A DNA stretch of 64,000 nucleotides. Origin: the human T2T-CHM13v2.0 reference genome, Homo sapiens. Position numbers and translations under genes: made by a program. The stretch lies in assembly GCF_009914755.1 (NCBI RefSeq), contig NC_060937.1. The stretch is one strand, 5' to 3'. The notes under the pieces were generated by a model. It was not told where the DNA came from and did no database searches. It saw only the letters and a list, made by a program, of their open reading frames with translations. Shown here piece by piece: positions 45,661-61,529 of this stretch (its first letter is position 1; every line of letters begins with the position of its first letter).

Positions 45661-46539
45661 AGCTGGAAGTTGAAACTAATAATTACACAAAGTTTCATGA
45701 ATAAAATAAATGAATTATCCAATATATACACAATATATCATAAAAAACATAAAAGTCTCCTTAACTTTAAAGTCATAACACTTACCTATACAATTAAAAT
45801 AAAAGAAGGAATCTTACTTGTAATTCCTCAGGGTACAGTTCTTTACAATTTTATACTCAGATAACCAGTAAAGCAACTATCCATGACTCGGTATTTTGTT
45901 ATGCTGTGGATTAAACTGTAAATCAGAGTTTATTTTCCTTTAAATGAACTTTCCTAAACATTCAATGAATATAAAAAAGCCTAATTCATTCACTTTATAT
46001 AATATCATGATTCCTTTGACAAACAGGGATTAAAATCGTCAAGCCATTGTACTTGTCAACGTTATGAAACCATATGGTATTTAAGTGCTCACTAAGGTAG
46101 TCCACCTCATTAAGAACTCAACAAAGCAAATTCAGCAGCAACTTACATTTCAAGAGGAAAACACTTTTGTATCTTGCCACAGTTACAGACTCAATAAGAT
46201 TGATCTTCTGTATACTCTCTCAAGATACCAAAAGAAAGTACTTACTGAATTCAAGTGAGTTATATTGCCATCACTTCATGTACTTAAAAGCTGAAGATGC
46301 ATTGTATGACATAAAATTGTCTAATTCTCTTTAAACTGTAAAATAAAAAGTTGTGAATATTTTTACTTACTTTAGCAAGGTACTTTTAGATACTTTTATT
46401 TTACTTTTTATATTAATTTGCTTTTAATAATATTAGCATAATTTTAGATACCTTTCCTATTTCTGCTTATAAGTTAAAATTTACTTATTTTTTAAACAAA
46501 AACAATTAATTCCCTTTACATACACACAGACAATAACCA

Positions 46540-47875
46540 TATCATCCTTTAGCCACCAAACTCTCTTTCAATATTTCTTCAGAGGAATTTTCTTAAATAT
46601 TCTATACTTGCTATGTCTGCACTCTAATGCAATATTCACTTCTCGACTCATAGCAATATTCCATCTGCCCCTAAACCCAAAACAGTTACTGTACGAAAGG
46701 TCTCTAATGAAGTATTATGATCAAACAAGTGAATACAATATTACTAATCTTATTTTACTTAAACTGGACTGCATATTTAACACTGTTGAAATTTTTTCTC
46801 TACTGTCATTTCTTTCCTTTACTTTAAGATCATCCTCAGCTGTTTCCTCTGTATTGATGGTCAATCCCACGCAAACTTTTCCAATGGCCACGCTTCTTTT
46901 TCTGTTGTTCCATAAAATTTAATAGTGCAAATGACTAATTCTTAGTTACCTGTTTTCTCACAATACTTTTTTTCTAGATTACTACTTATTTGGTAGTAAT
47001 TTCTTAGTTTATGTCTTCTCAGGGATTCAGATTTCATTTTTGTAATGACCAATCTTAAGTCAACCATTTTCATGAAACATCTTTGGTCTCATTGCTTTTT
47101 CAAACTCTAAATTTGATATTTAATAGTATTTCCACCAATAAGTTGTGCAACTTCCTGTGTTTACTTACTGTTTTGACACATCTGCACAAAATAGAAACCA
47201 AGTAATCATCTTTAGTTTTTTTATTCTTGAATCTTGCGAGGTTCTGAATTATTTCCTTCTTCATGATAAATTTAATTCAGAAACTTATTGTAACTCACTT
47301 AGGTTTATTAGAGTAGCCTCCCATATTTATCTCCATTTTCTTTCTTCTTGAAGCCATCCTCCATAGAGTTTAATAAAACACAATTTTCCCCATGCCATTA
47401 CCTTGGTTAAATACAAGTTTTGCTCTTCAGAGCCTAATCAATAAACACTGTACTCTTTATCGTCACATTATACCAGATCTTTATCATCTGGTCTTGCCCA
47501 ACTGTCGTCATTCTGGCATTCACTTCTATTAATTCTTAACTGCATGCATTTCCACGATATAGCTGTGCGAGTCAAGCTTTCCATATCTACTATCTGGACC
47601 TTCTTTTTTTTTCTCCCTTTCCAATTACAGAGCAAAATAAAGCTACCTATGAGCCAAGATGTCTTTAAGTATATTCAGCAAATTAACCACTACATCCTCT
47701 TTCCAAAGACCATATTGCCTATATCCTTAGCTATCTCACTGTATTGCCAAAGTCACGGGTTAGACTTTTCCAACTTAAGGTCCATGAGTTATGCTTACTC
47801 ATCTTTGTATTCTCAGTGCTTAATATATAATATTATAATATAAAATAGCTTCCAAGTATTTCTTGATAAACTAAA
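46540..47875 (+). mobile_element. L2 (RT region to 3' end)
   Basis: Degenerate RT motif (..KVSNE...LILLKLDCIFNTV; L2 KVTND..LILLDLSAAFDTV) and L2 3' end catctttgtattctcagtgctta. Confidence 0.75.
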
Positions 47876-47949
47876 AAATACATGTTCTAAATCTTATACT
47901 TACAAGGTCTAAGCATATGAAAATATGAAATACTTTAAAAAATTGACCA

Positions 47950-48543
47950 GTTGTTGGTTAACATTGAGTGTCAACTTGATTGGATTGATGGATGCAAAGT
48001 ACTATTCCTGGGTGTGCCTGTGAGGGTATTGCCAAAGGAGATTAGCATTTGAGTCAGTGGATTGGGAAGGGCAGACCCACCCTCAATCTGGGTGGGCGCA
48101 ATCTAATCAGCTGCCAGCACAGCCTGAATAAAACCAGGCAGAAGAACATGAAAAGACTAAACTGGTTTAGTCTTCTGCCCTACATCTTACTCCAGTGTTG
48201 GATGCTTCCTGCCCTCGAACATCAGACTCCAAGTTCTTCAGCTTTGGGACTTGGACTGGTTTCCTTGATCCTCAGCTTGCAGATGGCCATTTGTGAGACC
48301 TCACCTTGTGATTGTGTGAGTCAATATCCCTTAATAAACTCCCCTTCATATATATATATATATATATGTACTTCATATGTATATGAAGTATTATGATCAA
48401 ACAAGTGAATACATTGCTAATCTTATTTTACTCATGTTTGTACACTCAGTGCTTAGTATATAACACTTCTATGATTAGTAAAATAATATATACATATAAA
48501 GATCATATTATTTCTGCTCTTCTAGTGAACCCTGACTAATACA
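47950..48543 (+). mobile_element. MLT2A (HERV-L) solo LTR carrying a foreign insertion in its (TA)n tract
   Basis: tggttaacattgagtgtcaacttgattggattga ... gaaccctgactaataca. Confidence 0.93.
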
Positions 48544-49514
48544 ATAGTATGCCACAATGCTAAGTAGCAAATAGATTTAATAGCATATCACAGAAAATAC
48601 AATAAAATTAAAGTAAAATAGTAATTGTGATTCTCTTTGGAAAATACAATAGGGACACAGACAGTTTCACTTATTGTATTACATGTAGTTATAGAAGATA
48701 TATTTAATATTTAATATTCAAGCTACTTATTCAGTTAATGACAAAATAAAGTGATAACAAGTAGTCTATATTTTTATATTTTTATAAATAAAATTATAAA
48801 TAACTTCTATATGACAGACGAGGGAGAATAGTGAAAATAGATGTGATAAACACATCATATTTCTCTGTCAATTACATGCATTTGCTTAATTTTCTTTTTT
48901 TTATAATTTATTTTTTATTTTATTATACTTTAAGTTCCAGGGTACATGTGTACAACGTGCAGGTTTGTTACATATGTATACATGTGCCATGTTGGTGTGC
49001 TGCAACCATTAACTCATCATTTACATTAGGTATATCTCCTAATGCTATCCTTCCCCGCTCCCCCACCCCACAATGGGCCCCAGTGTGTGTGATGTTCTCC
49101 TTCCTATGTCCAAGTGTTCTCATTGTTCAGTTCGCACCTATGAGTGAGAATATGCGGTCTTTGGTTTTTTGTCCTTGCAATAGTTTGCTCAGAGTGATGG
49201 TTTCCAGCTTCATCCATATCCTTACAAAGGACATGAACTCATCCTTTTTTATGGCTGCATAGTATTCCATGGTGTATATTTGCCACATTTTCTTATCCAG
49301 TCTATCATTTTTGGACATTTGGGTTGGTTCCAAGTCTTTGCTATTGTGAGTAGTGCCGCAATAAACATACGTGTGCGTGTGTCTTTATAGCACCATGATT
49401 TATAATCCCTTGGTTATATACCCAGTAATGGGATGGCTGGGTCAAATGGTATTTCTAGTTCTAGATCCTTGAGGAATTGCCACACTGTCTTCCACAATGG
49501 TTGAACCAGTTTAG

Positions 49515-49875
<361 letters not shown>

Positions 49876-50308
49876 ATTTCCTGACTTTTTAATGATCACC
49901 ATTCTAACTGGTGTGAGATGGTATCCCACTGTGGTTTTGATATGCATTTCTCTGATGGCCATTGATGATGAGCATTTTTCATATGTTTGTGGGCTGCATA
50001 AATGTCTTTTGAGAAGTGTCTGTTCTTATCCTTTGCCCACTTTTTGATGGAGTTGTTTGTTTTTTTCTTGTAAATTTGTTTGAGTTCATTGTAGATTCTG
50101 GATATTAGCCCTTTGTCAGATGAGTAGATTGCAAAAATTTTCTCCCATTTTGTAGGTTGCCTGTTCACTCTGATGGTAGTTTCTTTTGCTGTGCAGAAGC
50201 TCTTCAGTTTAATTAGATCCCATTTGTCATTTTTGTTTTTTGTTGCCATTGCTTTTGGTGTTTTAGACACGAAGTCCTGTCCCATGCCTATGTCCTGAAT
50301 GGTATTGC

Positions 50309-51737
<1,429 letters not shown>

Positions 51738-53658
51738 TAAAGTAATTTAATTTAAAATATTTACATTTTTTCTATCTAAAATATTTTGTTTATTTAGTTA
51801 AGAAAGAAATGTCAAATAAATAAAACTCTAAAGGATAATTCAAAAAAAATTTCCAAAATTTTGTAACAAATGAAGACATTTAAAGATTCTTCTAAGACTA
51901 ATAGCGTGACTACATAGCACAAGAGGCACTGAGATTATTTTAAATCAATATTACAACTATAGAATATCATTTGCCTCCCTACTTTGAAAGACAAGGTTAT
52001 TAACTCATCAACCTCTCTTTCCAATTACTGACAAATTCATTTTGATTTTTATATTGTAAATGTATCTGTTATTAATCCTATCAGAACTCTTTGTGCATAA
52101 GTATATGTCATTTTATGTGAATATCTCCTTTTACCTCCTACGTTTGTTTTATTTCTCAATTTTGACCTTATATTTTTTATTATACATTGTTACCAACTTT
52201 CCTATAATTTAAAAAATTTATATGAATTTTCTGATTTTTTTATTGTGTTCTTGGATTCCATAACTGGATAATTCTCTTTCTTCCTCTTTTCTCTCCCTTA
52301 ATCACCACCTTTTTTCTCATAATACATTTGCATATAGTTAACACTTTATTTGTTTTTAATACTATGTGTACAAAGCTTTTTGCAGAACTCAAATTTGCTT
52401 TGATATTATGGGACAGTTTTTCAAATCCCCAACTTTTCTAAGTCAGTTAGATTCCCTTTAGAGCTATTCTTTGATATATTTTATCTTTTAGACATAAAAT
52501 TTTTATTGATATTCTTGGTGAAGAAGAGAGCAAAACTCATTAGGTGAGTATCCTTCTTGAGAGTAACTGAGCTTTGATCTCGCTTCTTAGGTTCTATAAA
52601 ATGCCTTGAATGCCTTTTCTTCTAATAAATTGGTGAATCTAAGGATATTCATGAGAGGATATGCTTAATTTAGATTCTACCCATCATTATAAAGAAATTC
52701 TTTGTTTTTCGTTACCCAATTGTACTCATTTTTTCCCACTAACTTTTTTCAATATTCCAATGAGGAAGAGGGGGAAAGATTCTACAACAATTAAATTTGA
52801 TTTGCTTTAGAATTGAACGTGGTAGAGAAATTTTCAGAATCTTGAAAGTCAGCTTTTTGGCCTGTGAGGGGCAGGGTCATTTTTATAAATGATGCATGCT
52901 ATGCAAAACCTTCCACTTGTTTATTGAATATCAGTTTCTTAGATGAATGGCATTAGATTATGTGTCATTTATATCATAATAAAGGTCTTTAAAATTCAGT
53001 TGTCAGAGTAATAGATGACAGATTTATGTGTTATTTTTTTCTTCACTCTTTTTTTCACTCTCTTATTCTCACACCAGCCATACATTCACGCCAGTCTCTT
53101 TTTTGACTGAATTCTGTTAGAACATGATTCTTGCTTTCTATTGATAACTTAAGGAACAAAAAGCAATCAAAATTTAGCATATAATTGAAAGCAATGTTGC
53201 CTGAGTGATTTGGAACAGACTGAAACAAAAATGCAATAGATCTGCCATATGGAAAGTAATATGCCTTTTTATTTTTCTGTTACTTTCTTCAATTATCATT
53301 GAAAACAAGACTAAGAATTTTAATATTGTGTTGGAAGATGTAAGCATTTTAAATACTAGAACATATTCATCTTTGTTTTATCATTAGTAGGATATTAGCA
53401 CTTTTGAAGCTAAGATGGTTTTGGTTCTTTTTTTGATTTTATTATTTTGGAGGATTTTGACTTTCTCAGCATTAGTCTTCATATTGTTTTTCTCACTCCA
53501 TTCTTACTCTTTCATTAAGACGACAGTGCCTTTTCCTAAACAGACACACTTGGCATAAGAAAGTGAAGCTGGCTCAGGGTAAAAGAAACAGAATTTTGAC
53601 TATAAAGAAAATAAATTCCTGTTTATGCAAGGCCAAATCTCTCTGAGGAAAGACCCAT

Positions 53659-53946
53659 GGTCCGGGCGCAGTGGCTCATGCCTATAATTCCAACACTTAG
53701 GGAGGCCGAGGCGGGCAGATCACTTGAGGCCAGAAGTTTGAGACCAGCCTGGTCAACATGATGAAACCCCATCTCTACTAAAAATACAAACACTACCCAG
53801 GTGTCATGGTGCATGCCTGTAATCCCAGCTGCTCGGGAGGCTGAGGCAGATAATTGCTTGAACCTGGGAGGCAAAGGCTGCAGTGAGCTGAGATCATGCC
53901 ATTGCACTCCAGCCTGGGCGAGAGAGTGAGACTCCATCTCAAAAAA
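53659..53946 (+). mobile_element. AluS
   Basis: Full Alu; degenerate TSD gacc(c/t)atg. Confidence 0.93.
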
Positions 53947-54759
53947 TGACCTATGATCTGAGTCAAAAAATGAGCCTAAAATATGAATGTGTGATTAGAT
54001 ATTGACAGAATGTCGATTAACAGTGTAAAATAAGATGAGATAATATATTAAAAGGAGTAGGTGCTAGTGAAATTTATTTACTTGGTAAATAAAATTGGTT
54101 AACAGCTCAGTTATGTAGTCAAATTTAGCAAAGAAATCTAACATAGTTATGAAAAAAACAATGGTATAATTATTTGTGATTTTAAAATATTATCATCTTG
54201 TATTTTTTTTCCTATAGCTATCTCTACATGATTGTGGAAGTTAATAGTTATAATTATAATAAACATCCATAGCCGTGAGAGGAGTTGAAAGTCTGCCATT
54301 TGGTGGGCAGTGTTCTTGAATGTTAATAAAAGTGTTCATTAATATTTTCACTCGTTTTTCTTCTATTAAACGGATCGAGCCTTTCTTGTCTAGGCTTACC
54401 TAGTAGCACAAACATCACTGAAGATACATAAGTTTCTAATGTTCTGTCTATAAATGCATTTGTGAGCACACAGACACGTATCATACCCACTATATTAGGA
54501 CATCACTTTCTATGTCCAGTCCCAGAATGGTTGCTCTCTTTTATTGATGCTAATAGGGATGAGATTTTATTGAGGTATTGAGAAGAAATACTTTAGTCTC
54601 AGGAAGTCCAATGCCTGCAACAGGAATTTGTCTTTGATGCAGGTTTGTGAGTAAAATGTTAAGTAGGTATCTGTCAAGAGCTCTTGAGAAAACTCTTCCT
54701 GAAAAGAACACAAAATGCCAGAGTACTTCTACTCTTTCTAAGACTTCATTCTCTGTGCT

Positions 54760-54992
54760 AAATATGGAATAAACATTACTATTTAAGGTTGTTGTAGACA
54801 CGCAGTTCTTTTGTGACCTTAAGGGAAAAGCCAAGCTACACACAGAGGCATATTCCACTGATCATCCCCTTCCTGATCTTCTAGAATAAAACTAGCTATT
54901 ATCTACTAGCATCTTGTCATGTGAGCAAAGTAAAAACATTTTGGATAAGTTTGTTGGAATTTTTGCTACTTGCACATGAAGGTTTCTTAAAT
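54760..54992 (+). mobile_element. Old MLT1 LTR fragment
   Basis: tgtgacc.taagggaaaagccaag..tcttgtcatgtgag..ttgctacttgca. Confidence 0.5.
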
Positions 54993-55174
54993 ATTTAGTC
55001 ATTCACTAAGCAATGTGTTTTTCCATGTTAATCAGTTTATTGAATAACAAGAGAGTGATATTCTATTGTTCAATTGTTCTATTTTGCCAGCTTAAAACCA
55101 CAAATAGCAAGATTTGATATCTAATCAAATATATCAATATAACTCACATAGATCTCATCTAAAAAGATTAATCC

Positions 55175-55506
<332 letters not shown>

Positions 55507-56269
55507 TTAATTAAAAAGAAGCAATTAACTTAAATTTTAAAGGAGCCACAGGGAATATTTATGTGTGTGTGTGTCATCTGGTTTCATTACTCTAATAATT
55601 AAAAAATTATCTCTCACCCTTTTGAAAAATGTAAGATCATATGTACAGCCACCACATCAGAGGTTAGCTGTGTTAAGCTCACTAAAATAATATACAATGC
55701 ATGTGGGGAATGGAAAATAGAATTTGGAATATTCTTGAAAATTCTCAGTGATAATAATTCATATAGAAAGTCACATAAAATAATGGGCTTTTAAAATAAA
55801 GTAGCAATGAATCAGTAGTTTTTTAAATTTTTATTTAAAATACAATGTTCCTTTGTTTTTCTTATTTCTCCTTCTTTTAAAATTATACATATGGCATGGC
55901 ATCATGTTATTCATAATCTTATGAGATACCACAAATCATGAACAATCTGTAACACAAAAGATGTGGAAAATTCGGAAATGAGTGATATTTTCAGTTGAAT
56001 AACTGATTATGAAAGAAATTTGAGATGAATTTGATGGGTTTAATTTTAGTACTGTGCAATTTCCTATTCTCTCAACCAAATGCCATAAGTATTAGAAAGT
56101 CACTGATTATGTATATGCCTAAAACTATGCCTATCCCCTTCTTTACATTCATTTATATTGACAAGCATACAAGCAGGAATGATTTTTAATTTATCGTATG
56201 AATTATAATAAATTTATTGTTGAAAAGTATTATATATATTTGTATAAAATGTACACATCTCATGTAGTT

Positions 56270-56291
56270 TGTGTGTGTGTGTGTGTGTGTG
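56270..56291 (+). repeat. (TG)n microsatellite
   Basis: Direct sequence. Confidence 0.9.
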
Positions 56292-56421
56292 CATAAGTTT
56301 AGTAATAGAAAGAAACCAGTTATATTCGAAACTGGCTCTGAAATCTCTTTTGGTTAAGGAAAAAAAACCTAAATCTTAGCATCTTATATTCATATTTGTC
56401 TGTTTAAAGTTCATATCCTCT

Positions 56422-56806
56422 CTGCTATCATTTGAATGCTTTTCCTTTCCAAAACTTTTGTTGAAATATCATTGCCAATGTAATTGTATTGGGAGGTGGA
56501 GCCTTTAAGAGATTATTAGGCCATGAGGGCTTTGTGCTCACGTGTAACTTTAACATCTTTAAAAACAAGTATTCCTGGCATGGGTTTTCTCTTGTTGACC
56601 TTCAACATTCTACCATATAATGACATAGAAAGAAGACCTTGCAAGATGCTGGCACATTGATATTGGACTTCCTGGCCTCCAGAAATGTGAGCCAATAAAT
56701 TTTTGTGCATTATAAATTACACAGTCTGTAGTAATATATACAATATATATTATATATTGTATATATATATAAATATATATATAGCAAACACAAAGTGCAC
56801 TAAACA
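56422..56806 (+). mobile_element. MST (MSTC-like) solo LTR
   Basis: ttgggaggtggagcctttaagag..ttaggccatgaggg; ttggacttcctggcctccagaa; ends actaaaca. Confidence 0.85.
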
Positions 56807-56864
56807 TACTACTTCACATATATCTACAGCATTTTTCTTGTAATCAATCTAATACTTAAAATTA

Positions 56865-57545
56865 CAGTCATGTACTACATAATGACGTTTTGGTCAATGG
56901 CAAATTGCATATATGATGATGATTCTATAAAATTATAATGAAGCTGAAAGATTTTTTATCACCTATTGATATCATAGCCATCATAATGTCATCGCATACT
57001 TATTAATTTGTATTTGTGGTGATGCCGGTGTCAACATACTGTGCTGCCACTCATACAAAATTATACACATGCAATTATGTACAGTACATAATTCTTAAAT
57101 ATGATAAATGACTATGTTACTGGTTTATGCATGTACTATACTATAATTTTTATGTATGTATGTATATATATACACAAACATACTTATAGAATATCTTTAG
57201 GAGGTATAGTAAATGCATACTGGTTTATGCATTTACTATACTATAGTTTTTATTGTTACTTTAGAGTGTTCTCCTTTTACACACACACACACACACACAC
57301 ACACTTCTAGAATACCTTCAGAAAGTGTTCTACCATCTAATGACATAGTAAGAAGACCTTCAAGATGCTTGCACCTTGGTATTGGACTTCCCAGCACCAT
57401 GCATTTTATTCCCCTGAAGACCATCCAGTGAAACAAGACAAGATGTGGTGATGGGAGACAGTGATATTGATGATTCTGACCCTGTGTAGGCCTAGGCTAA
57501 TGTGGGTTGCATATGTCTTAGCTTCTAACAAAGAAGTTTAAAGGG
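56865..57545 (+). mobile_element. Tigger3 (GOLEM/MER7) DNA transposon fragment, rearranged
   Basis: TA then TIR-like cagtcatg..cataatgacgtttt.gtcaatg; cccctgaagacc.tccagtg..gaccctgtgtaggcctaggctaatgtg. Confidence 0.85.
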
Positions 57546-58972
57546 CAAAAGGTTCACCTTATCTTGAATAAAATTATTGGACTATTTTTCATTGAACTAT
57601 TCATATTTAACTAAATATGAGTAATGACTTGACCTATTTCACCAGCTAATAATCTATTCCTTTAGGCATTATTTTATACTGCTTATAGCAGTGTGCAAAT
57701 TTCATGCAGTATTGAAGTCATCTTGGGATGTTTGCAAGTGTCAAGAGTGCACACAGATGCATTAATGTAAATGTTTTCTCTGCTGTAAAGTTTAACTTGA
57801 AATTTTTGTAAAATCTTTCAACTCCTTCATCTTGCAAATAATTAAAAATATATTAGGCACACCTTGTGAGTAAATTTTTTTTGAGATCAAATTTAATAAT
57901 GGCAGAAACCCATCCATTATAAACTGAGCGCCTCAACCAAAATAAAAATTATAAATATATAATCTTAACTGTATTTTTAGCTTACTTTTATTCTTTAACC
58001 TCTTATTGCCATTTTTATTCATTGAAGTTATCTAATATTTAAAACAAATTTGCTATATATTTTTAAGATTGAGATGTTAAAAAATGTAAATGATTGGCTG
58101 TGCACTTCGGTAAAATTAGTCCATCTCACAGTTTCATTATAAGGAATACCTTGAAAAATGTAATTGTAAATATGTTTCTATATTACTATATTGTATATAT
58201 AACACATTTATTATGTATTTATGTATTATTATAGAGATACATATTTATCCTGAAGATGAAGTTCTAAACTAAATAAAAATTTGGGGTCTACAAAAACATT
58301 CTTTTTAACTTGCTTTTTCTTAAATTTGAAATTTAAGAAATTAGACTGTAGTATAATTACAACCAATTATAATATTGGTTATTACAAATATTATAACTAC
58401 TGATAGTATTATATTATTAATTATGCTGGCTTCTTTGGAGACTGTTTTATATATTGATTTATATTAAATCATTTCCTTCCTTTTGCAACCATAGACATCT
58501 TTCTATAGAATAAACTTTGTAGACTTCTCCATTTCTGACATACATTTAAAAATGATATTGTTACTTAAGTAAATGCAAAATTCTGGCAAATAATCCCCCT
58601 GTTTATAGCTCTCGTAGAGATACAGAACATGCAAATCTATGACACATACATATTGAAAATAAGGACACTAATTTAAGTCAAGGGTAAGTAAAGATTACAT
58701 TATAAGAAAATAAAGAATTGTTTTATATGCAACAATTCCCTTTAAGTATCCAGACATCTTTTCATATAAAATTATACAGCATCAGAGCTCTGAAATACAT
58801 TTATTTCTTCAATTGACTTTTATGTATTTCTTCATTTGCTCTGTTGTCAAATATGTAAGTCACACTCAGGCATTTTATATGACCAAACTTAAAAGGAACT
58901 GCAAAAAATATGAACATGAAACTACTCAAATTGTCAAAAGGGAACATCATCAGTATTCACCAGACCAAGTAA

Positions 58973-59304
<332 letters not shown>

Positions 59305-60343
59305 AATTCTTTCTGTTTTTTAAAGAGAGATGAGGACATATAAATGAGTGACCACTTAAAATAAACCAGTATGAATGAAAGAGAAAATATTAAAGAGATA
59401 TATTAATAGCTTGCTACCAGGCTGCCTTACGGTTACTTGTATGTTGTATGAACATAGGAATAATTAAACAGTAATAGACTAGGTGCTTTTGAATACAAAG
59501 GTTCGTTATACATGGTTCATATTTTGAATTTTTCATTGTTTGGTGGGTGACATAGGTAAAAAAAATTAGCTCACGATTACGTTTAATTACAATTTATGCT
59601 ACTCCACAAATAATTTACAATGAAAAACACAAGTATTATCACACTGACATGCCCTAAATGGGGGAAGGTTTAATATGTTTTTGAAATATTTTCTTCCTCA
59701 CAGGTACACTTATGGTAGATATATGAAATAAGATACACAAAATACATGCATTTAGATCAAAAGCCTCATAGATAATTACAGGATATAACCTGAATGGCTT
59801 AATGGGATAATATGAGATAAGATTCCATTTGTTTTAAATGCTATGGGAGAAAACTTACCTCCATTAAAAAAAAAAACCACAAACTTATGGCAAATATAAT
59901 ACTTATAGGAATACATATCACAAAAAAATATACTGAGCCAATATGAGAAAAATAAAGCAGTTCCCAAGACTTGGAAGAAGCTTCGAGTTAGTAGAGACTC
60001 ATATCTGGTTATGATATGAGTCATAACAATATTTACAAATATTGAAAATAAATTAACTCAAGAAATCATTGTTTTACTGTGATTCTAACCACATTAAACA
60101 TGTTATTTTTAATCAAATGAAAGAAACACATATTGATTAAAGGTTTTTTTTTAACTCCAAAAATAGGCACTCTAATGTTCATTTGTTAGCTCCATGGTCA
60201 TTAAAGATTTAGAATCCTTCTGCAATTTTTCATCATCTTAGATCTTTTCTCCTGAATGGTTCCTCATAATGTAATCAAGGTGCTAAATCTCAGCTATTAA
60301 ATCTATATTTTCAGAGCATGAGGTTGAAAATTTTGAGTCAGAA

Positions 60344-60386
60344 TACACACACAAACACACACACACACCCCAACACACACACACAC
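60344..60386 (+). repeat. (CA)n imperfect microsatellite, within a probable old MLT1 fragment
   Basis: Direct sequence. Confidence 0.85.
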
Positions 60387-61134
60387 CATTCCATTGCTCA
60401 GGGGTTTGTTATTGACTGGTAGGTCAAAAAGAATATTTGGATGAGCAACTAAAGTCTTTCTCATTACAGGTAATGAGAAGAAAAGGGAAAGACGAAGGAA
60501 ATTCTCTTACTAGATGTTAAATCAGTGTTATGCTTTCCATAATGTAAACTGTGTAGTGTTTATATAAATATTAATAGAAGAATAAATTGAAGAGTATACC
60601 TTTGAAAGCTAAGATAATACATATTAGACTCTTTTCATTAAGAAGCAGAATCAATAAATTTTAAAACTAGTATTTATACTAAGAGTTGGGAGAAAAAAAT
60701 TACTGAAGATGGCTCTTTCCATAGATAACAAATATAACTCTTGACCAAATACTAAAGCAGCTGCCTAACTATTTGAAAGATCAGGGGAATGAACAAAGAC
60801 AGATTTTGGAGGACAGCCAAAATTTGGAACTGACAAGTATGGAATGATGTTCCTGTCTTTGAGGTAATGTTCACAGTAAAGTTAATGTGACCAAAGACCA
60901 ATAGAAAATGTGCTGTTTTTCCGACCTGACACTGACAGATCCTGCACTGGCAATAGCTCCTGGGAAGTAAGGGAGAAATCCCAAAGGATGAGTACCCAAG
61001 AAGGTGAGCCACAGTATTATTTATAAACTCTGCAAGGCTTGGGTTCATGTCTAAATAATGTATGTGTGCAGCAGGGTGCAAACAGGATAGCTTAGGAAAG
61101 AGAGAGAAAAAGAAAAAGAACAGAACTGATTGTC

Positions 61135-61505
61135 CTCCTGAAATAAAGAATAAAACAGTGGTTAGCTGGGTCAAGAAGAAAGTGAAGAAATAGGGAGATG
61201 TAGGTCAAATGATACAAAGTAGAAAATATGTAGAATGAACAAGTCAAAAGATCCAATGTACAACCTAAGGGCTATGCTAATAATAGTGTATTATATTCAG
61301 AATTTTTGCTAAATGAGTACATTATAGCGTGTCTTGCCACAGGGCAGGGAGTTGGGTGGTGGTGTGAGGAGAAATGGGTAACTATGTGAGTTGATGAATA
61401 TGTTGATTTGTTTTGCTATAGTACCATCTTCCTATATATATGTATCTTATAACATCATGTTGTATACCTTCAATATACACAATAAAATTTATTTTATAAA
61501 TAAAG
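61135..61505 (+). mobile_element. L1MA9/10-L1MB-type 3' end
   Basis: ggagatgtaggtcaaa.gatacaaagt..gatc.aatgtacaac; aacatcatgttgtatacctt.aatatacacaat. Confidence 0.8.
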
Positions 61506-61529
61506 TTTGTATTTGGGTCTATCCAGGTA

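Noticed and set aside
46760-47798. Idea that the 48383-48463 insert is a spliced cDNA (minus-strand donor ga/gtaagc at ~47798, AG at ~46758)
   Set aside because: Exact splicing would give tatttta|tcat, but the insert reads tattttactcat. TTACT microhomology explains the junction with no mismatch, and there is no poly(A) or TSD.
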